53,861 nucleotides of DNA from Tubiluchus corallicola. Its lineage: Eukaryota; Animalia; Priapulida. Position numbers and translations under genes: made by a program. Below the pieces are notes generated by a model. That model worked only from the letters and a program-made list of their open reading frames with translations, was not told the DNA's origin and did no database searches. The stretch covers positions 1 to 53,861 of the forward strand of contig JAQGDQ010001225.1 of the NCBI GenBank assembly GCA_030141605.1, written 5' to 3'. Below, one piece after another: positions 37,115-49,289 of the stretch (position 1 is its first letter; each line of letters starts with the position of its first letter).

Positions 37115-37376
37115 GTAATAATAATCTTTATTTAAAATCGGTTTTTGGCTGAACAATTAACATAAGCTTAAGAGTTTTTATTACTGACAGTAAATAACGA
37201 ACTACAGGTATATAATAGATACCATTTTTACACAATTTCTAACCTATATATTACGTGTACAAAATAAAACAGCAGATGCCATTTTTAAAGTCGTTGGTAT
37301 GACTGGCCGCTGTATCGAACTGGCGACCTCCAATACAAAAAGCGGACGCGTTACCACTAGTCTAAACCATCTGGTC
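36980..37376 (-). mobile_element. tRNA-derived SINE, copy 2, with expanded (ATT/ACT)n tail
   Basis: Colinear with 23062-23336; tail microsatellite at 36980-37125. Confidence 0.8.
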
Positions 37377-39050
37377 ATAACAAACCCAAATGCATGTGCA
37401 TGCACGTTGTTGGGGGTGTTGGAGGGTATGCGGCCTTGACAAGCCTGTATTTGTGTTGCGCTTGACTAAACTGTACTTGAGTCATAGATGTAATATGGCT
37501 TGATTAGTGAACTGCTTGGGCAAATTAAGAAGACGGGCAGAGGAGAGCAAAAAAAGAGAGTATACAGATTAGCAGAACGCCATGGCGAGGAAATTTGTTG
37601 CTTTATTTTGTTAAAAGTTCTTGTTCTTTTTAAATCAGTTTTAATAAATGTGTTTTTAAACGAAGTTAGAAGTTTTTCAGCTCTACAAACTGAAACATTT
37701 GTACATTTTTGTATTTGTTTTCAACCCTAAGCCTGAATATGTATTTGATCTTGGGGCAAAATTAATTTGCATTAATTATCTAGTCTTTGATTCTCCCTCC
37801 TTTTTCTCGATTATCAAATTGAAAATAAACAAAAATTACAAAGTTCCCGACAGTACTACTAAAAACACTCATGCAAAGTCATCGGTTCAAGACCTAGAAC
37901 GGTCAACAGTTTTTTGTCCTTTCCAGCTTTTACATATTTTGTAATAAAAGAATTTATAATTATCATTCCACCAAAAAGAAAAATGTTTGGTGATTTTCGT
38001 TTTTCCTTCAAATAAACCAATAATCCGCAATGCAGCTTTTTTCAGGAACATGAAACATAAACACATGAAACACGTGGTCATCATAATTATAAACCAACTT
38101 GGAGCAACCAACGTTACACTAATTATCAGAAGAATTATCTAATAAACTTTAATTTCAACAACACAATCGCACAGCTTAAAGGAAAAGTCAACTCTTCTGG
38201 GAGAATGGGCTGCATTTCAATGTTTGTTCAAAATGTTAGAAGCACTTAGTAATAGAAGTGTGATAAGCAATTCCTGTAATTAGTAAAATCACTTTATAAA
38301 GTTGTGATCGTTTAACGCTTTGCGCTCTCATTCTTCCATTAGTGATATCATTCATCAACTGAAGCAGTGCAGTGTCAATCTCCATCAAAAGTAATACGTT
38401 TTTACAAAAAATTAGATAGCTAATTTTGTAATGTTTTGCATGGACATTATAAGTGCGAAAATTTGCAATAAAATTAAGCAAAGCATGCTTACGGAATACC
38501 ACAATGCACTTACAAAAAGTCACAGAGTCCACCAATTATGTCATAATTTTCAGGACAATGACGCTACCACAGTGCCCAAAAATTCTGTACAGTGAGTAGC
38601 ACGAATTTTCTCTATGTTTCAAAGGCAATTTTTGGAAAGTAAAGTGATAAACGTAAAATAAATGCAATATACTAAATGACACATCCTTTCCTTTAAACTC
38701 ATTAAACACCAAAACAAGTAGACATATAGTAAGCACTTTGCAAAACAGATTCTTGAATTCTATGTAGTATGTAAAAGTAATACTCTAGTAACTCGACAAT
38801 GTCAACTTTATAGCCAACAGACATTATATGATGTAAACTCAATGATAGGTTTCAACTTGTTTAAAGTTGTAGAAAATAATGTTATCCTAGAAGATGCATT
38901 TAGATATCCCGTAAAATTGTAAAAAGAACCGAGTTAAGTTCCAGGCAGCTAGCAACAATAAACTTAGGAAAGGGTTGTATAAATTGTATTGAAAACAAGA
39001 ATTTTAATTTTTTGTCAAAGTATTAATTGAGAGCGTAGAATTTTAAATTA

Positions 39051-39167
39051 CAGTCTAGCCTCGTTATCTCGCCCCTTGTTATGCCGCCAAACTCGTCTCT
39101 CGCCATACTCGCCTCTCGCCAAAAATTTGCCCAAGATGGACAGTGGCGAGATAACGAGACTAGACTG
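39051..39167 (+). mobile_element. 117-bp minimal derivative of the 44596-45520 element
   Basis: Same TIRs and TA flanks; consists only of the two ends joined. Confidence 0.92.
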
Positions 39168-39354
39168 TAATTGCTTTGTCTTCTTGTATGTAAATAATAT
39201 CTGTTCTTGTTTTTTGTTGTTATCAGTGTTTAATATTTATTTTTACTTTTACTACTAATCTACTAAATTCTTTTAATTGAAGCACTTATGTAACTTAACT
39301 GTACATGTGTGTTCGAAAATAAATGATATTAATAATAATATTTAACAAGTTATT

Positions 39355-42300
39355 CTAACTTCGGAACAAACTCAAACGCTTGACCATGTCCAAGTCAGCA
39401 AGGAGTTTACGCAACGACTGTTTCAAATACGGAGAAGTAGATGGACCTCCCGGCTTCTCCTCGCCATACCCGTCCTCCTCTGAACTCTCCAGGACAGAAA
39501 TCTGATGCTCAATGAAGTCCAGCCGGGAGCTGACCTCGTTCTGTTCTTCACTCACGTGGTCAAGCAAGTTCATGATACTTTGGTACGGCTGCGTTTCTTT
39601 TTCTCCCGACTTCACCTCCTCTTTTGTGTTGCTACACGATTGTTCAGTATTCTCATTAGCATTTACATCAGCCCAATCACCAACTCGGTTATCTTCGGGC
39701 ATTCTGTTCTCATTCAACTCAGTTTCGCTGCTGGCGTGTGTACCAAAAGGCATGACATCACACGCACTCTGCAAATCAGGTCCTGTTGTCGAATGCACAT
39801 TATCATCACCTGCAGCTATTGGTTTAATTGGACTACCAACATCTGTTATTTGCACGTCACTACTAGCAATTGTGGTGCTCGTGTTGTTCGTTGATGAATG
39901 TGGGTCTTTGCAAGTGCCAGCCGAGGGCGTGGATTCATTTGAGGTTACAGGCTGCGTGATGTCCTCAAATTCACTGATGTGCCTCTCATCGGATAAATGC
40001 AGTTCACTAGCAATAGGCTTATCTAAAGGTTTAGTATCATCTACAGTTTCTAACTGCTGCACCTTATCAAATTCTTTGCTGCAATCATTTTCTTCCAATC
40101 CATTTTCACTCAAATCAAAATGCTTGGACTGCGGGAGCTCACGCTCGTGCTGTACTGAATCGCCATTAGGGTGGTCAGAAGACGCACAGTCAGAAGTGAC
40201 AGCAGAGTTACCTGGCAGAACTCCCGAAAATGAAACATGAGATGCATTCACAGAAGCTGGGATAAACATATCTGTCTGTCGGCTTTGGATTTCAGATGAT
40301 GCGCAAATGTTATCATTGTGGTGATTTAGCACAAGTGAATCTGGTTTTTCTTTTGGAAGTGCCAAAAAGTCAACTGTATCTTGCTGCGGGACACAGGAAG
40401 CACCAATCTGGGAAACACTAGAAATTCGAGGCATTCTTCCAGTATAGCAATGATCGTAGTGGCCATACGGATCACCTCCTGCACCGTTTGCATTGACGCA
40501 GAGAGAATCCGCACTGCCAGGTGTGGGAGGCAGTTGCCCGTCTCTCACCCACGGCTTTTTAAACAAGGTCAAATCGGGGTTATCCTCAGACGTGGCCAGT
40601 TTTATCTTTCGCCAAAGATGACTGATGACCGTTCGCACCTGCGTCAGATCAGAACTGAGGTTGTGTATGACAAGGGATCTTTTCGCCCGACTCTCAACTG
40701 TATCAGATTCTGGAATGAAATTAAAAGCTGGCAGTTTGCCAGTTTCAAACCACGTCTGATCGTGCCTGTATTTTCCACGAAGCCTCAAACCCTTTGGACT
40801 TCTGCACATGGGACAAGTATACGTACTCGGTATGCTATCATCCGTACACCCCACACACTCGGCGTGCTGCCAGCAGAAACATTTCTCGCACTGAATCATC
40901 AAACCATTTTCATTGACAGAATTACAAACGCAGCTGATGGTTCCGTTTTTGGCAAGCTCAAATTTTTCGTCGTCATTTTCCGTTGACTCTAGCATATCCT
41001 GCGACAATTCATCTAAACCGAAAATAACAGTATCCGAGGAGCTGTCGCACTCCGGAGTGGTCTTTTCTTCAACACTTACCACAACATTATTCACAAGGTT
41101 CTTATCATCCGGTATTACAGAAACACTTTCTGTCATCTGCGCATCAAGAGACTTGAGCTCGACATTTTTTCCCGGTGTAGAATTTATGTCATCACTGACA
41201 TTTTTACGTTTTTCGTGTTTCTTCTTTGTCTCAGATTTCTTCGCTGCAATTGCTGGATTGTGATATAAACGACCATGTTTTGACACGCTTCTACCATGGT
41301 CGGCCACAACATTTGACAATGCACCATCACCACCAGGTGACTTAGCCAGTTCGAAATTAATGACAGCAGACTTTTTACTGTAAAACTTACTGACAGATGA
41401 TGATGATGATGCTTCCGCTGCAGCTGCGCTAGCAGATTCTTCACTTGATTTGGCAGCATTTACTACAATTTTTGGAACTGTAATCAATTCCTGCTTCACG
41501 CTAACATGTTTCTCATTTATCTTTTTCGTTTTGGCCAGTTGCGACTCAACAGGGTCTTCGTGTAGATGAACCGATGTTTGTTTCAACGAATGCTTCCGTG
41601 CCGTGAGACGCCACTTTTTGCGTGACTTGTGAGACGGACTTACGGGAGGCGACTTTTCCACGCCAACAGAAATGTCCGAATCAGTAGAGCAAATAGAAAC
41701 CGTCTTCTTCCTTTGCACCGATGTTGCAACATCGTCGTCATCATCATCAACATTTTTCTTGTCCTTGTTAGCTTGCACGAGCGCTTGCTGTTTGTTTGTT
41801 GTTGTTACTTCAGGTGCAGGAAAATCTTTCTTTTGTGTGGCACTCTTGGAAGACAACTGTTTCTTCTTCTTCTTCTGCGGTGAAACAATTCTTCTAGCGC
41901 GGTCCGGGTGATAATATTTAACGTGATATGCCAACAGACTCTCTTTTCGAAAACTTTTGTTACAATCCTTGACTTTGCACTTGTACTGGTTGTGGTCTTC
42001 TTCGATAATGAGTTCTTTCGGTGCAGGTGTATTCCAAGGAATGTATTCAAGCTGATAACCTCTGCCCGCTTCAGCCGGCTGATTTCTTGTCCGATCTTTT
42101 GGCGCGTGAGACAAATGTGAAGCAGATTTCTTACGATCTCTCTGTGCACCGGAATGTTGCGTTAGAGACGACTGCGCAGCTAGCACGCGAGCGCTCGGAT
42201 GTCGTTTTCTAGTGCCTTGTATGGGAGTCTGCAAACTAAGATGTCTCGTTCTGACTCCCTGTGATGTTAATTGGTTGCTAGGACGTCTAATCCGAACAGC

Positions 42301-43500
42301 GGCACTTGATGCAGTCTCCCTCTGAGCCATCACTACCAAATCTGAGTCAGACTTTCGTGTGACAGGTCTATGAGAAGGCGCTTTGCTACCATCACTAGCA
42401 ACTGGTGCCACTTTAGCCGGAGAGTTTAACTCTAATTTTTCAGTGCTAGTTCCGTGCAAAGGCACATGGTTGCCATGGCCAACTTTTGTAGGAGCAGCTG
42501 CTTGATGCATCCCGTTTGACTCTGCTGTTAATTTTTGTGATGATTCAGCTGGTGCAGCAGCCTCCGTATCGTTTGCTTCTATCTTGACCACTACGTCCAT
42601 TGAAAGAGAAGTCGAGTCCTCTAATGAGTCTGAATGTTTTGCTTCCACAGAAGAAACTTTAGTGGTTTCTGCCAAGTTATTATCTGAAGTTGCAAATGAG
42701 TTCTGTTCTTTGTCGTTTCCTTCCGTCGGATGCTTCACTTCACCTTTTCCTTCTGCGACACTTTTTGAAGCGCTGCCTTGCTTAATCTCTTTTTTATCGG
42801 GCATTTCCTTTTCTTCTTTAACCGCAGCTTGTTTCGCCTTTTTCTCCACATTTTTTTCTAGTTCTTTTCTACCTGACATGGTAGGCTGATGACCATCATG
42901 GTCTGTTTGAGAACTTTCTTCAACAGTTTCTACCAAACATTTCACTTCACATTCTTTTGCGTCGCTCGAGTTGACCCGCGCATCAGCGTTATTAGCCGAG
43001 TGGCGCTTCTTGTCAAAAAGCGAAAGGCGTGGCCTTTTCACTTGCGGCCGGGGCGGACTCAATTCCATATCGGACACGCGTCGTTTTTCGCCCTTGTGAG
43101 AATCCGTTTCCTTCGATGTTGACCGAGGAACTTCATCGTGTACCAAAGGCGATATGTTTGACGCATTTACAACTGTGCTGATGCCGTCGTAGAAAGCGAC
43201 TTTATACGAACACCCGCCTGCCGTCGCCGTAACCTTCGCAGGGTATTTCTTTCCGTTTTTCCACTTTGCCAACACCTCGCTGCCGACTTTGTATCGCGCA
43301 GGCTTCTTTTGCGCATCGCGTCTCTGCGAGCTTCGAGGAATGGGTCGTATTCTGTCGCTGTCAGAATCCAACCACTCGTCGAAGCGGGCACTCCATCGTT
43401 CAAAGTGAATCAGAATCCTTCGCTTAGAATCATCAACTTCGAGTATCTTAGCCGTGTACCATTTGTTCCAGTCGTCGCGAGCTTCGATGCGGTTTCCAAC
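39355..43500 (-). CDS. PHF20: PHF20/PHF20L1-like protein, main exon (Tudor1, Tudor2, C2H2 zinc finger, PHD finger, C-terminal helices)
   Basis: Exon starts at the gttttag acceptor: VGNRIEARDDWNKWYTAKI...LIHFERWSARFDEW (Tudor1); VLAKW..YPAKV..VAFYDG (Tudor2); CKVKDCNKSFRKESLLAYHVKYYH (C2H2); CVC...MIQCEKCFCWQHAEC...CPMC (PHD). Confidence 0.95.
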   Translation of the reverse strand, partial: VGNRIEARDDWNKWYTAKILEVDDSKRRILIHFERWSARFDEWLDSDSDRIRPIPRSSQRRDAQKKPARYKVGSEVLAKWKNGKKYPAKVTATAGGCSYKVAFYDGISTVVNASNISPLVHDEVPRSTSKETDSHKGEKRRVSDMELSPPRPQVKRPRLSLFDKKRHSANNADARVNSSDAKECEVKCLVETVEESSQTDHDGHQPTMSGRKELEKNVEKKAKQAAVKEEKEMPDKKEIKQGSASKSVAEGKGEVKHPTEGNDKEQNSFATSDNNLAETTKVSSVEAKHSDSLEDSTSLSMDVVVKIEANDTEAAAPAESSQKLTAESNGMHQAAAPTKVGHGNHVPLHGTSTEKLELNSPAKVAPVASDGSKAPSHRPVTRKSDSDLVVMAQRETASSAAVRIRRPSNQLTSQGVRTRHLSLQTPIQGTRKRHPSARVLAAQSSLTQHSGAQRDRKKSASHLSHAPKDRTRNQPAEAGRGYQLEYIPWNTPAPKELIIEEDHNQYKCKVKDCNKSFRKESLLAYHVKYYHPDRARRIVSPQKKKKKQLSSKSATQKKDFPAPEVTTTNKQQALVQANKDKKNVDDDDDDVATSVQRKKTVSICSTDSDISVGVEKSPPVSPSHKSRKKWRLTARKHSLKQTSVHLHEDPVESQLAKTKKINEKHVSVKQELITVPKIVVNAAKSSEESASAAAAEASSSSSVSKFYSKKSAVINFELAKSPGGDGALSNVVADHGRSVSKHGRLYHNPAIAAKKSETKKKHEKRKNVSDDINSTPGKNVELKSLDAQMTESVSVIPDDKNLVNNVVVSVEEKTTPECDSSSDTVIFGLDELSQDMLESTENDDEKFELAKNGTISCVCNSVNENGLMIQCEKCFCWQHAECVGCTDDSIPSTYTCPMCRSPKGLRLRGKYRHDQTWFETGKLPAFNFIPESDTVESRAKRSLVIHNLSSDLTQVRTVISHLWRKIKLATSEDNPDLTLFKKPWVRDGQLPPTPGSADSLCVNANGAGGDPYGHYDHCYTGRMPRISSVSQIGASCVPQQDTVDFLALPKEKPDSLVLNHHNDNICASSEIQSRQTDMFIPASVNASHVSFSGVLPGNSAVTSDCASSDHPNGDSVQHERELPQSKHFDLSENGLEENDCSKEFDKVQQLETVDDTKPLDKPIASELHLSDERHISEFEDITQPVTSNESTPSAGTCKDPHSSTNNTSTTIASSDVQITDVGSPIKPIAAGDDNVHSTTGPDLQSACDVMPFGTHASSETELNENRMPEDNRVGDWADVNANENTEQSCSNTKEEVKSGEKETQPYQSIMNLLDHVSEEQNEVSSRLDFIEHQISVLESSEEDGYGEEKPGGPSTSPYLKQSLRKLLADLDMVKRLSLFRS

Positions 43501-43962
43501 CTAAAACACAAGAGAAATAATTTGCTTTACATTATTAGCCGTCACAGTTTCCGGAGCAAGAAAGAAAAGGCCGACTGCAACCTAAACAGAGACAATAACA
43601 TAACATCATATGCAACATGGGGCAGCGTTACACATTCGAAGCCGACACTCAGTATGAGGGAGAATTCGAGTACGAATTCAGCATTTCTGGCATCACAGAA
43701 GATGGCACTTACATCAGTCTTACTGAAGATGTAATAGACGGGACTTTACTAGGTCTGCATGAGACGAAACTAAAGTTCTTTCTAACATTTGAAAAGTTTC
43801 AAAATTTTATGTTATTATACAGTAGTGGACAGGACTTTCATCCAAATCAACATTCTGTATTGCAAGTACACGTTTGCCAGAGCAGCTCAAAGTGAATAGT
43901 ATAAAATTCCTTTAGATTATGGTAAATTACTGATTTTAGCTGCTTTTAAACTTGCCTTAAAC

Positions 43963-44463
43963 CAGGGGGGTGCAAATTGCGGCCCGCGGGTCACTTGCGG
44001 CCCGCTGAGAGAATCTGTGCGGCCCGCGAAGAGATTTGTCAACCTAATGAAACTGCGGCCCGGGTGATTAATTGAGTGTATCCAGCTGAAGTCCGTGCCA
44101 CGATCCCAAATATAGTGCGGGTAGTTTTTTCTACTAGATCGGATGCCATTAACCCTTACAAGACGGTTGTAGCTTAATGTCACTGTTCTACACAGACTGT
44201 GTGATGTGCATTACTAATATGCATTGTAATGAAATTACCACTATCTGTCCTGAAAGTAGAAATATATGGTTTGTAATATAAATTTTAATAACTTCTAAAA
44301 TAGTTTCTTGAGCGTAGTAGTAATGGTGTACGCAGGTCGGATGCAAAAAAAATTGTTATTAGGTCCTACTGTACTTGGCTCCTTGATCAAACTGCATGTG
44401 GCCTGCACGAATTGCGGGAAAGTTTAATGTGGCCAGGCTAGTCAGATAATTTGCATACCCTTG
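43963..44463 (-). mobile_element. hAT MITE, copy 5 (opposite orientation, PHF20 intron)
   Basis: Reverse complement of the family; TSD CCTTAAAC. Confidence 0.95.
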
Positions 44464-44595
44464 CCTTAAACAATAGCTTTTAATTAATATGCCTGATATA
44501 TTTATGACTACTTATCTAATTGCTGTGCATGCCTGTATTATTGTGTGCTTATATTTTGACTGTAAACATTAGTTCCAAACCCGTGTTTCTATATA

Positions 44596-45520
44596 CAGTC
44601 TAGCCTCGTTATCTCGCCACTGTCCGTCTAGGGCAAATTTTTGGCGAGAGGCGAGTATGGCGAGATAACGGGAATATAACGAAGTTAGTCTATATGTATA
44701 TACATAATAGTTGATTAACATAGTGTTCCTCTATGTACATATGAAATATATTTCGCATTATGATACCAATCAACATTAAATCAGAAATGAAAAAATGTCA
44801 TAAAAATAATCTTAGAATGTTACTTTTTTATTTAAAAAACCTTTTTCGAGTATACACTTAAATGCAATAAACTTAGCAAAAGATTTTGAAACTGTGACCA
44901 TGACTTTGCATCCATTTTTCTTTACTTGCTATTATATCTCCTACACTTCTCCGGCTAACAGTGTCACCAAATTTCGCACTAAATACAGCAGCAATTTCCT
45001 GCTGTGTCTTTGAAGAATTATTCGTATGATAAATACACCTTTTTTTGTTCAGGATTAAGACAAAACAGTTTTCGCTTCAGAGACATCATGTAAAGTTGCT
45101 CACACTTTGTGGAAACTCAAACTTAAACGCAGCTTTGGTGTTATAGAGTAAGGGTATCGGTGACGCTTTAGTTTCTCTGCGCATTAACAAACCACAGCAC
45201 TCCTAATCTAATCCTGGTGAGACACACACTAGATTAATTATGTCTGTCTATCGAGTACAACAGCATTGTCTACATACCGCGGTTATATTGATCGACACGC
45301 GGTATATGCATTGATCAATTCACCTCTGAGTTTGTCTGTTTGGCGACATAACGAATATAGTTTACATAAGAATTCATCCTAGCATGACATGGCGAGGGCG
45401 AGAAGCGAGGGTGGCGACTTAACGAGATAAATATCAAAGCAGGAAATCCGTCCTGGTACTTTCTATGGCGAGAGACGAGTTTGGCGGCATAACGAGGGGC
45501 GAGATAATGAGGCTAGACTG
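44596..45520 (-). mobile_element. pogo/Tigger-type deletion derivative with a frameshifted transposase N-terminus
   Basis: TIR CAGTCTAGCCTCGTTATCTCGCC, TA TSD. The minus strand (~45089-44885) reads MMSLKRKLFCLNPEQKK/CIYHTNNSSKTQQEIAAVFSAKFGDTVSRRSVGDIIASKEKW, a CENP-B-type N-terminal HTH. Confidence 0.88.
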
Positions 45521-46345
45521 TAATGTCTACCATAGTGCAATTGATGACTCTATTCGAAATTTTGAACTCTATAAAACAAATTATCATATTGTCCCTAAGA
45601 AAAAACATCGAGTGAACCAATGTTATTAAGAATCATACAGCATCAATCGACACTTAACAAATGAGATACTTCACCATAACACTCTACATACAGACACTCT
45701 GCACTGAAGTACATCAATATTAAGTGATATGTGATAGAATATTTAAGTAATACAATATGCCATAAATATTAAGGAGTGCAGCATCTAGCAGCCAGTTTGG
45801 AAAACAAAATCCCAAACTGTCATTTCCTCAGCTTCTGCATCTTACGAAAAACAAGGAACAGCCTGTTGTATTGGTGGCAGGATAACAGGGGATAACAGGA
45901 CAACAGAAATTGAATTGCTAAAAAAATCGAACAGAAGTAAAAAAATCTACTTTTTTATTTTCTCTTATAACATTGCTACATGCCAATGCTAGTTTTTATT
46001 ATCCTTCACTAGAATTTGAACCAAAGACCTTCTGCTTACCTGGCAACTATGCTAACCATTATACCGCAGAGGTACTCTGACTTTTGCGATGTAAATCACT
46101 AGAGGTTCACATGGGGAATAAGAGTTCACACTGTAACAAGAGTTCTGGGCTGTTGGACACTGTGTATTAGCTGGTTAAGTTAAACACTGCACCAGTAAAT
46201 TTGCTGTATTATTTCAGTCAAAATTATGAATTGGTGAGCAGCAAAACAAATGCCATTGCTAAATTAATTACCTCCTATTACAATCCAGGTAAATAAAGTA
46301 AATTTCATAAAGAACTGAGAAACTCCCGCAACTAACAATTAAAGA

Positions 46346-46369
46346 CCCTAACCCTAACCCTAACCCTAA
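46346..46369. repeat. Interstitial telomere-type repeat (CCCTAA)4
   Basis: Four exact units. Confidence 0.85.
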
Positions 46370-49226
46370 CAATTATCTGTAAAGACCTAATTAAGTCAGG
46401 ACTGCACCACACAAAATAAGTCTTATAAGACCTATAACTTTTCTGTTATATGCGCACAGACATAACTAAACGATTCAAAAATGAGTACTGTTCTATTTTG
46501 GAAGATCTCAGCTATCCAATCATGCTATTTGTTTAAACTCAGCTATCCAATCATGCTATTTGTTTAAACATTTATTATAAGTGATTTAATGAGACAAAAT
46601 TAGGAAAAACAGTTTGAAACACTTCACTTCAAACTGAAGGACAAAGATGCCCTCTTAGGCACTTCAACTTAGCCTATTCAGTAGCTAAGTATAACTTACA
46701 CATGCACGATCATTGACTGCCTGCTTTCTACAGCACAAGAGAACTAGGTGCTGTACGGAGTTCCAGGAAAAGCCAACCGATCAGCCAAGGAGAAATTAAG
46801 GTCATTTCATCTTTAAACAAGAATTTCTCCTTAAAATAGAGTAGATTTGATGCCAAAATGTATCAGAAAATTGTGTCCAGATAGTCGACATATAGTCAAT
46901 TTCACACAAATGATACAGTACCTAATGGTACCTAATGATACCTAATGGTACTGTACCTAAAAATGGATTCATAATTTGTCTAAGGTAATCAAACGCATTC
47001 TATATATAATATAGCACGAAAATCCATAGTGTGAGTAGAAATCTATAAAAATTATCAAATATAACATAATGGTTGCTTAGTGAGAGCAGTTCTTTATGAA
47101 CCCATGGAAAATGTAGCACACGCTGCTGGCCTGATGGAGTTATGCCAACTGTGAGCACAGCTGCAGCAGCACTTTTGGCATGCAAGAATCATATATTAAT
47201 TGATTAATTAACACTCATACTGAAGTACAATCACCAAACTACGTTTTCAAATTCTGAATTTGAACTAAAAACCATCGGTGTACAAGACCGACTCCATAAC
47301 CAATTGACTAATTATCCACGAAAATTTCAGGCTCAAACTTGTTCTAAATAGAAATCATCTAATCAGTTAATTAGAATCACTCTAATGTGATCAATCTCAC
47401 ATTGGAAGTGCGGAAATGTTGACCAGCGATAAGAGCTGAATTTTGCATTGTCACAGTCATTTGGAAAACAGTAGCCTAGTGGTTATGGTATCGAGCGCAC
47501 AATTGAAAGGTACCTGGTTCAGACAATGCTCTAACTTTTATTAATTAATGAAAACTTCATTAATTGTGGGTTTGTATTATCATTAATTTACAAGAGTATT
47601 TTACTTTGCGATAGCCATTACCTAAACATCTTACAGTAATACTTTTCTAGTGAGCGTCGACTGTTTTATCATATCAATTTGTTGTTTATCTATTAATCGC
47701 TTATTTACAACCATCAACTGCTTAAAATTCAGTTTGCTTAGTTTAAAGTAATTGTTAGAATGTCCATTATTCCCGGTCAGAAATGGACATAATGTCCAGA
47801 GGTGGGTCATCTATCAGTATCAAGCATAACTTTTGAACAAATACATTTACAACCATCAAGGGCAGTATATTATAGCTTAATAAAGTTCAGGCAAGCACCG
47901 TGATCAGCACATAGGGAGATAAAATACCACATTATTAAATCAGTTTTAACACCCAACATTAACTTGAAAAGGAACAAAAAGATTTCAGCTTCCAACTAAA
48001 ATAATTACAAAATTTAATAGGTTTTAATATATAAGTTTGTCTTGGAAATAGCCATTTACAGTTTACAATTACTGAAATCTCACATTTGTTTTTGTACAAA
48101 ATGTCCTGAAAGGACGAATAGGCCAAAGCACCTTAATAAGTAATAAAATGACGTTGCGAGTGACGAATGCGACCCAATCTAAATGTAATACTTCAGCTGG
48201 TGTCTGGAAACACTAAGTGGGATGTTCACTGTAATCACAGAAAACACTGTAAACAGAGGTTAATACCACTGAATGCTTTATTAACATAATTAGTATGTCC
48301 AATATAACATAAATGTCCAACAGCTCCCATAAAGTGGATTAACCTGACTGTTCAGAGCACAGGTGTGTAATAACAGACAAGTGACTAGCAGGTAACAATC
48401 AGCAAAGCTGGTCAAACCGAAAGCTTTACATTCACGTCACAGAGGGCGCCTCGTGCACGATAAGTAAGATTAACAAAAAGAAAGCTAAGTCTGCTACATT
48501 CACGGTTGCTTTACATTGCCGTGCACTCCACAACTTACTGTTTCTCTCAAAGATATAAAAATTATTGTGTACGTGTATATGCTAGCTGCTAAAGACTCTT
48601 ATTTGCATTTTCCGTACTATATTGCATTTGTATTTATATATGGTTTAATGGATAATTATCTGTATTTTAATAATAACTGTAAGATGCAATGTGGAAATGA
48701 ATAAACTCTTGAACTAAGTCGCAATAATACAACCAGAACAAGAACAAATGACATACGATAGCAGCGTTCATTTGTTTATAAATTAATGCACATATTACTA
48801 GCTGGTTTGTGAAAGTGCTCTGACAATGACGCAAGACTTAGCTGATTTATCAATGTGTACTTGTGACGCGGTGTACCACCTTGTATCGCCTCTCCATATA
48901 CTAGGCTGTCACACATGTACCACCTGTCCGTGAACTGAACTGACTGTTTACCATAACGTGGTACAAGGTGGTATTCATAAGGAAGGCAATGTGGGACGAG
49001 GCAATTCCCTATGAGAACACTATGGCTTAAAATATGTCAGCACTCCCTTTTGACACATTAGTTACTTTTGACAAGCCTGTTGCTGTAATTAACCGTAATG
49101 TTTTAATGAAGCCTATTTTTACAAAGCTACTGGTGCATTTACTACGATTTTGTGTATTTTCTTTGTAACACGGAACGTCAAATGTAGTGATTTACTCAAT
49201 AAAAATTTAAACACTAACATAATTAC

Positions 49227-49289
49227 CTCAAATTTAATGTTAGATTTTCTTCTTTTACGTTTTGAAAACGCAGTTGAAGGGTCAGACAT
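49227..49289 (-). CDS. PHF20: PHF20-like protein, first coding exon (MSDPSTAFSKRKRRKSNIKFE)
   Basis: GAG|gtaatt donor in phase 0. The join gives ..RKSNIKFE-VGNRIEARD, parallel to vertebrate PHF20 ..RRGISFE-VGAQLEARD (from memory). Confidence 0.85.

Noticed and set aside
39505-43734. Numerous + strand ORFs over PHF20 (also over DARS2 and the CENP-U-like exons)
   Set aside because: Antisense shadows of real coding exons.
43617-43895. 92-aa + strand ORF MGQRYTFEAD... in the PHF20 intron
   Set aside because: No recognisable domain or supporting gene structure; cannot be supported, though not strictly excluded.
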